From: Escherichia coli | Lineage (GTDB): Bacteria; Pseudomonadota; Gammaproteobacteria; Enterobacterales; Enterobacteriaceae | DNA: 49,222 nt | Assembly (NCBI RefSeq): GCF_003334255.1 | Contig: NZ_QOWU01000039.1 | Reading direction: 5' to 3' (one strand) | Shown here: positions 44,233 to 49,222 of the stretch, piece after piece | Numbering within the stretch: the first letter of the stretch is position 1 | How the letters are laid out: each line of letters starts with the position of its first letter | The notes under the pieces: model-generated | The model's database searches: none | What the model was told of the DNA's origin: nothing | What the model saw: only the letters and a program-made list of their open reading frames with translations | Made by a program: the position numbers and the translations under genes

Positions 44233-44414
44233 GATTCACCAGAGATATTTCTGCTGGTTTGCTCTCTCATTAGAATTTAACACTAAAAGAGCAGGTAAAA
44301 TTGTCTGAATGTTCTTTAAGTTATTCATAAAGCAAATTAATAAATCTGATGAATATGTTAACCTTCAGCGACATCATCGGTGAAAACCTATAAATGAAGA
44401 AGGAAAGCAAAAAA

Positions 44415-44903
44415 ATGAAGACCATTCTACCTGCAGTATTGTTTGCCGCTTTCGCTACCACTTCCGCCTGGGCGGCAGAAAGCGTCCAGCCACTGGAAAA
44501 AATCGCGCCTTATCCACAAGCTGAAAAAGGGATGAAGCGTCAGGTGATTCAGTTAACCCCGCAAGAAGATGAATCTACCCTGAAAGTAGAACTGTTAATC
44601 GGTCAGACGCTGGAAGTCGATTGCAATTTGCATCGTCTCAGCGGGAAGCTGGAAAACAAAACGCTGGAAGGCTGGGGCTATGATTATTATGTCTTTGATA
44701 AAGTCAGTTCCCCGGTTTCAACGATGATGGCCTGCCCGGATGGCAAGAAAGAGAAGAAATTTGTCACCGCGTATCTGGGCGATGCTGGAATGCTGCGTTA
44801 CAACAGCAAGCTGCCGATCGTGGTGTATACGCCAGACAATGTAGATGTGAAGTACCGCGTCTGGAAGGCGGAAGAGAAAATTGACAACGCGGTAGTTCGC
44901 TAA
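44415..44903 (+). CDS. eco: Ecotin, periplasmic serine protease inhibitor, 162 aa
   Basis: Start [20 protein letters not shown] (signal peptide) inside ORF 44394..44903. Confidence 0.95.
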   Translation: MKTILPAVLFAAFATTSAWAAESVQPLEKIAPYPQAEKGMKRQVIQLTPQEDESTLKVELLIGQTLEVDCNLHRLSGKLENKTLEGWGYDYYVFDKVSSPVSTMMACPDGKKEKKFVTAYLGDAGMLRYNSKLPIVVYTPDNVDVKYRVWKAEEKIDNAVVR

Positions 44904-44905
44904 AC

Positions 44906-45462
44906 TGCCGTGAAGTGCGGCACCCCGTAGGTCAGACAAGGCGGTCACGCCGCATCCGACATCCAACGCCCGAGCCGGTTGCCTGATGCGACGCTGGCGC
45001 GTCTTATCAGGCCTACACCGCTGTGAAGTGCTCCACCCCGTAGGTCGGATAAGGCGGTTACGCCGCATCCGACATCTAACGCCCAAGCCGGTTGCCTGAT
45101 GCGACGCTGGCGCGTCTTATCAGGCCTACACCGCTGTGAAGTGCTCCACCCCGTAGGTTGGATAAGGCGGTTACGCCGCATCCGACATCCAACGTCCGAG
45201 CCGGTTGCCTGATGCGACGCTGGCGCGTCTTATCAGGCCTACACCGCTGTGAAGTGCTCCACCCCGTAGGTCGGATAAGGCGGTTACGCCGCATCCGACA
45301 TCTAACGCCCAAGCCGGTTGCCTGATGCGACGCTGGCGCGTCTTATCAGGCCTACACCGCTGTGAAGTGCTCCACCCCGTAGGTTGGATAAGGCGGTTAC
45401 GCCGCATCCAACATCTAACGCCCGAGCCGGTTGCCTGATGCGACGCTGGCGCGTCTTATCAG
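44906..45462. repeat. Tandem array of about 4.9 copies of a ~113-bp BIME unit (each unit is two REP sequences in opposite orientation) between eco and mqo
   Basis: Units begin at 44906, 45021, 45134, 45247 and 45360; read directly; they generate five overlapping spurious 67-122-aa minus-strand ORFs. Confidence 0.85.
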
Positions 45463-45494
45463 CATACGCATACCATGCCGGATGTGGCGCATCA

Positions 45495-47153
<1,659 letters not shown>

Positions 47154-47358
47154 TTACTTTTAGTCGCTTTATTGCAGGTGAGATTTGCGCGGCATCAACG
47201 GTAACACTTAAGTAACAACATTTAAATAATGTTTATAAATTATATTCTAATTTTAGAAACATTATAATTTCGTTGATTAATTATAGGGTTATTAGAAATG
47301 AAGGGATTTTTAGCATATTGACCTGACGGCAGCAGTCCGCCAGGTCAGCGTCGTAATA

Positions 47359-49002
47359 TTATGCCGTCCGGGCAACGGCATCACGCGAAGCGGCATCGCG
47401 CTCTTCGCCCGTCAGCTCGCTAAGTTGCCCATTGCGCATTTCCAGCAGGCGGTCGGCGTGGATAAAGTAATGATCATCATGACTGATAGCGAAAATAGTT
47501 TTACCCATCTCCTGCATCAGCGGCAGCAACACCTGATAAAACTCACGACGGAAGTGTGGATCCTGATCCGCCGCCCATTCATCCAGCAGGATAATATCGC
47601 GTTCTTCTGCCAGCGCCAGCAACAGCGCCACGCGTTTTTTCTGCCCTTTTGATAACTTCAGGTTAACAATACGCCCGTTGCTTAACTCAAGCTTATGAGC
47701 CATTTTCAGCTGCGCCAGCCACTTCTCAACCAGTTGCGGGTTAGCGGGTTTACCCTCCGGCCCCAGCAGTTGATCAAACAGCCAGACATCGGTAAACACT
47801 GCCGAAAACAGTTTGCGATAATCTTCCGGTTGTTCGCCGCTGACAGGTTTGCCATCCAGCAAGATTTCGCCGCTTTGTGGCTGATACAAGCCCGTCAACA
47901 ACATCGCCAGCGTCGATTTTCCGCTACCGTTGCCGCCAATCAGAAACAGCAGCTCGCCACGTTTGATGGTGAGATTAATCGGACCAACGGAAAACGCGTT
48001 ATCCTGATAAGCAAACGTCACGTTACGCAGCTCCAGCGTTTGCCAGTTGGGAAACGCCTGCGGGCGCGGAAACTCTGCTTTGAAAGGCGCGAGCGCGAAT
48101 TTGTTCAGCTTGTTAAACGCCACCTGCGCCGTCAGCAGCGTCGGCAATGCGCCAACCGCCGAAAGCAGCGGCGTACGCAGGAATAAAAGCGTCAACGAAT
48201 AGGTCGCGGCAACGTTGGTATCAGCCCAACCGAGGCTGTTCGCCATCCAGAACACCAGGCCGATTGCGCCCAGCATCATGATGTTTGACCAGTTCACGGC
48301 ACTAAGATGGAAGGTGTCTGCGCGAATAATATGGTGGCGATACTCTTGCGCATCAGGAATGTAGAGGTTGTTAAACACATACTCGGCGCGTTCCCGGTTC
48401 AGAGTCAGCTCTTTGCGCCCTTCAAGTACAGTTTGAAAATCCGTGTACAGCTTGTCTTCGGTTTCACGCAGGGTCGCCATATGTTTGTACACCCGCGCCA
48501 CCAGCACAAAACCGCCCCAGATGGTGATCGCCATCCAGATAGCCGTTACCAGCAACATTTTGCCCGACAGCATCCACAGATACGCCGCTGAACCGATAGT
48601 GAGAATGATCCCCTGCACCAGTTCCGGCAGACGCACAAAAGCAATGGTGATATTGCGCACATCGCTGGTTAACCCCGCCAGCAACGAGGCGCTACCGAGT
48701 TGTTCAATGCGCTCGACGTGAGTATCCAGAATCCGCTTGATAAATTCACTACGCAGTCGGTAAACGAAGTGATGCCCCAAAGTGGTGAGCGCCAGTTGCG
48801 ATCCGAGAGTGACTGCCATCAACAGCAGCAATAATCCCAGAAACTCCGGCAACACCAGCAGACTGGTATCCGCCGTTTCGATAAGGCGCTGATTGATAAA
48901 AGCAATTAAGCCAATGCCTAATGCCGCACTGGCGAGGCTTAGCGCCATCACACTGATAAATGGCCAGCGATACTGCCGCCAGACAAGTACAAGAAGTTCC
49001 AT
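47359..49002 (-). CDS. yojI: ABC exporter, fused permease and ATPase (microcin J25 efflux)
   Basis: 547-aa ORF; N-terminal TM domain; C-terminal Walker [10 protein letters not shown] and Walker B ILLDEW. Confidence 0.9.
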
Positions 49003-49077
49003 GCAGAAAACCCGGACAATGAATTACAGCCCGCAGTTTAAACATCTTCGCGCGCACAGCAATAATAATTCTTATTT

Positions 49078-49146
49078 TTATTCTTTTTTACCTGCCTGAC
49101 GGAATGTCAGGTTGTAGCGGCAGTCGATGGTGAGTGGATGAAACCC
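49078..49146 (-). pseudogene. alkB: 3' fragment of alkB (last 22 codons, GFHPLTIDCRYNLTFRQAGKKE*), separated from the rest of the gene by IS186
   Basis: Minus-strand translation matches the AlkB C-terminus as I recall it; an in-frame stop and unrelated sequence follow at 49147 onwards. Confidence 0.7.
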
Positions 49147-49222
49147 ATAAGCGCTAACTTAAGGGTTGTGGTATTACGCCTGATATGATTTAACGTGCCG
49201 ATGAATTACTCTCACGATAACT
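49147..49222 (+). mobile_element. IS186 left end (partial): terminal inverted repeat ATAAGCGCTAACTTAAGGGTTG plus start of the transposase gene
   Basis: Repeat recognised from memory; ATG AAT TAC TCT CAC GAT AAC at 49201 encodes MNYSHDN, the N-terminus of IS186 transposase. Confidence 0.65.
49201..49222 (+). CDS. insL: IS186 transposase, N-terminal fragment (3' end outside window)
   Basis: Encodes MNYSHDN..., matching the IS186 transposase N-terminus as recalled. Confidence 0.6.

Overview
This 49.2 kb window is an ordinary, well-characterised Escherichia coli core-chromosome segment, and I found no novel biological system in it. The gene order is fully syntenic with the K-12 map region psuK – fruBKA – setB – yeiW/yeiP/yeiQ/yeiR – lpxT – mepS – pdeN(rtn) – yejABEF – yejG – bcr – rsuA – radD(yejH) – rplY – ndpA(yejK) – yejL – yejM – proL tRNA – yejO – narP – ccmHGFEDCBA – napCBHGADF – eco – mqo – yojI – alkB'. 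All CDSs are intact and of expected length except the two at the window edges. There is no CRISPR array, prophage, integrase, toxin-antitoxin or defence island. The most notable observations are structural: the window begins inside an IS1 copy that replaces the last codons of psuK, and ends inside an IS186 copy that interrupts alkB about 22 codons before its stop. This makes the window look like a short-read contig broken at multicopy IS elements, from a strain that is not MG1655. There is also no IS5 between yejO and narP, where I recall MG1655 carrying one, so yejO is a complete 863-aa autotransporter ORF. Other features are a 5-copy tandem BIME/REP array (eco–mqo), REP elements, known regulatory sites (Cra operators at fruB; NarP 7-2-7, FNR and ModE sites at napF) and a few unexplained repeats and palindromes in intergenic regions. 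Gene names come from recognising the proteins and synteny from memory; no database search was run.
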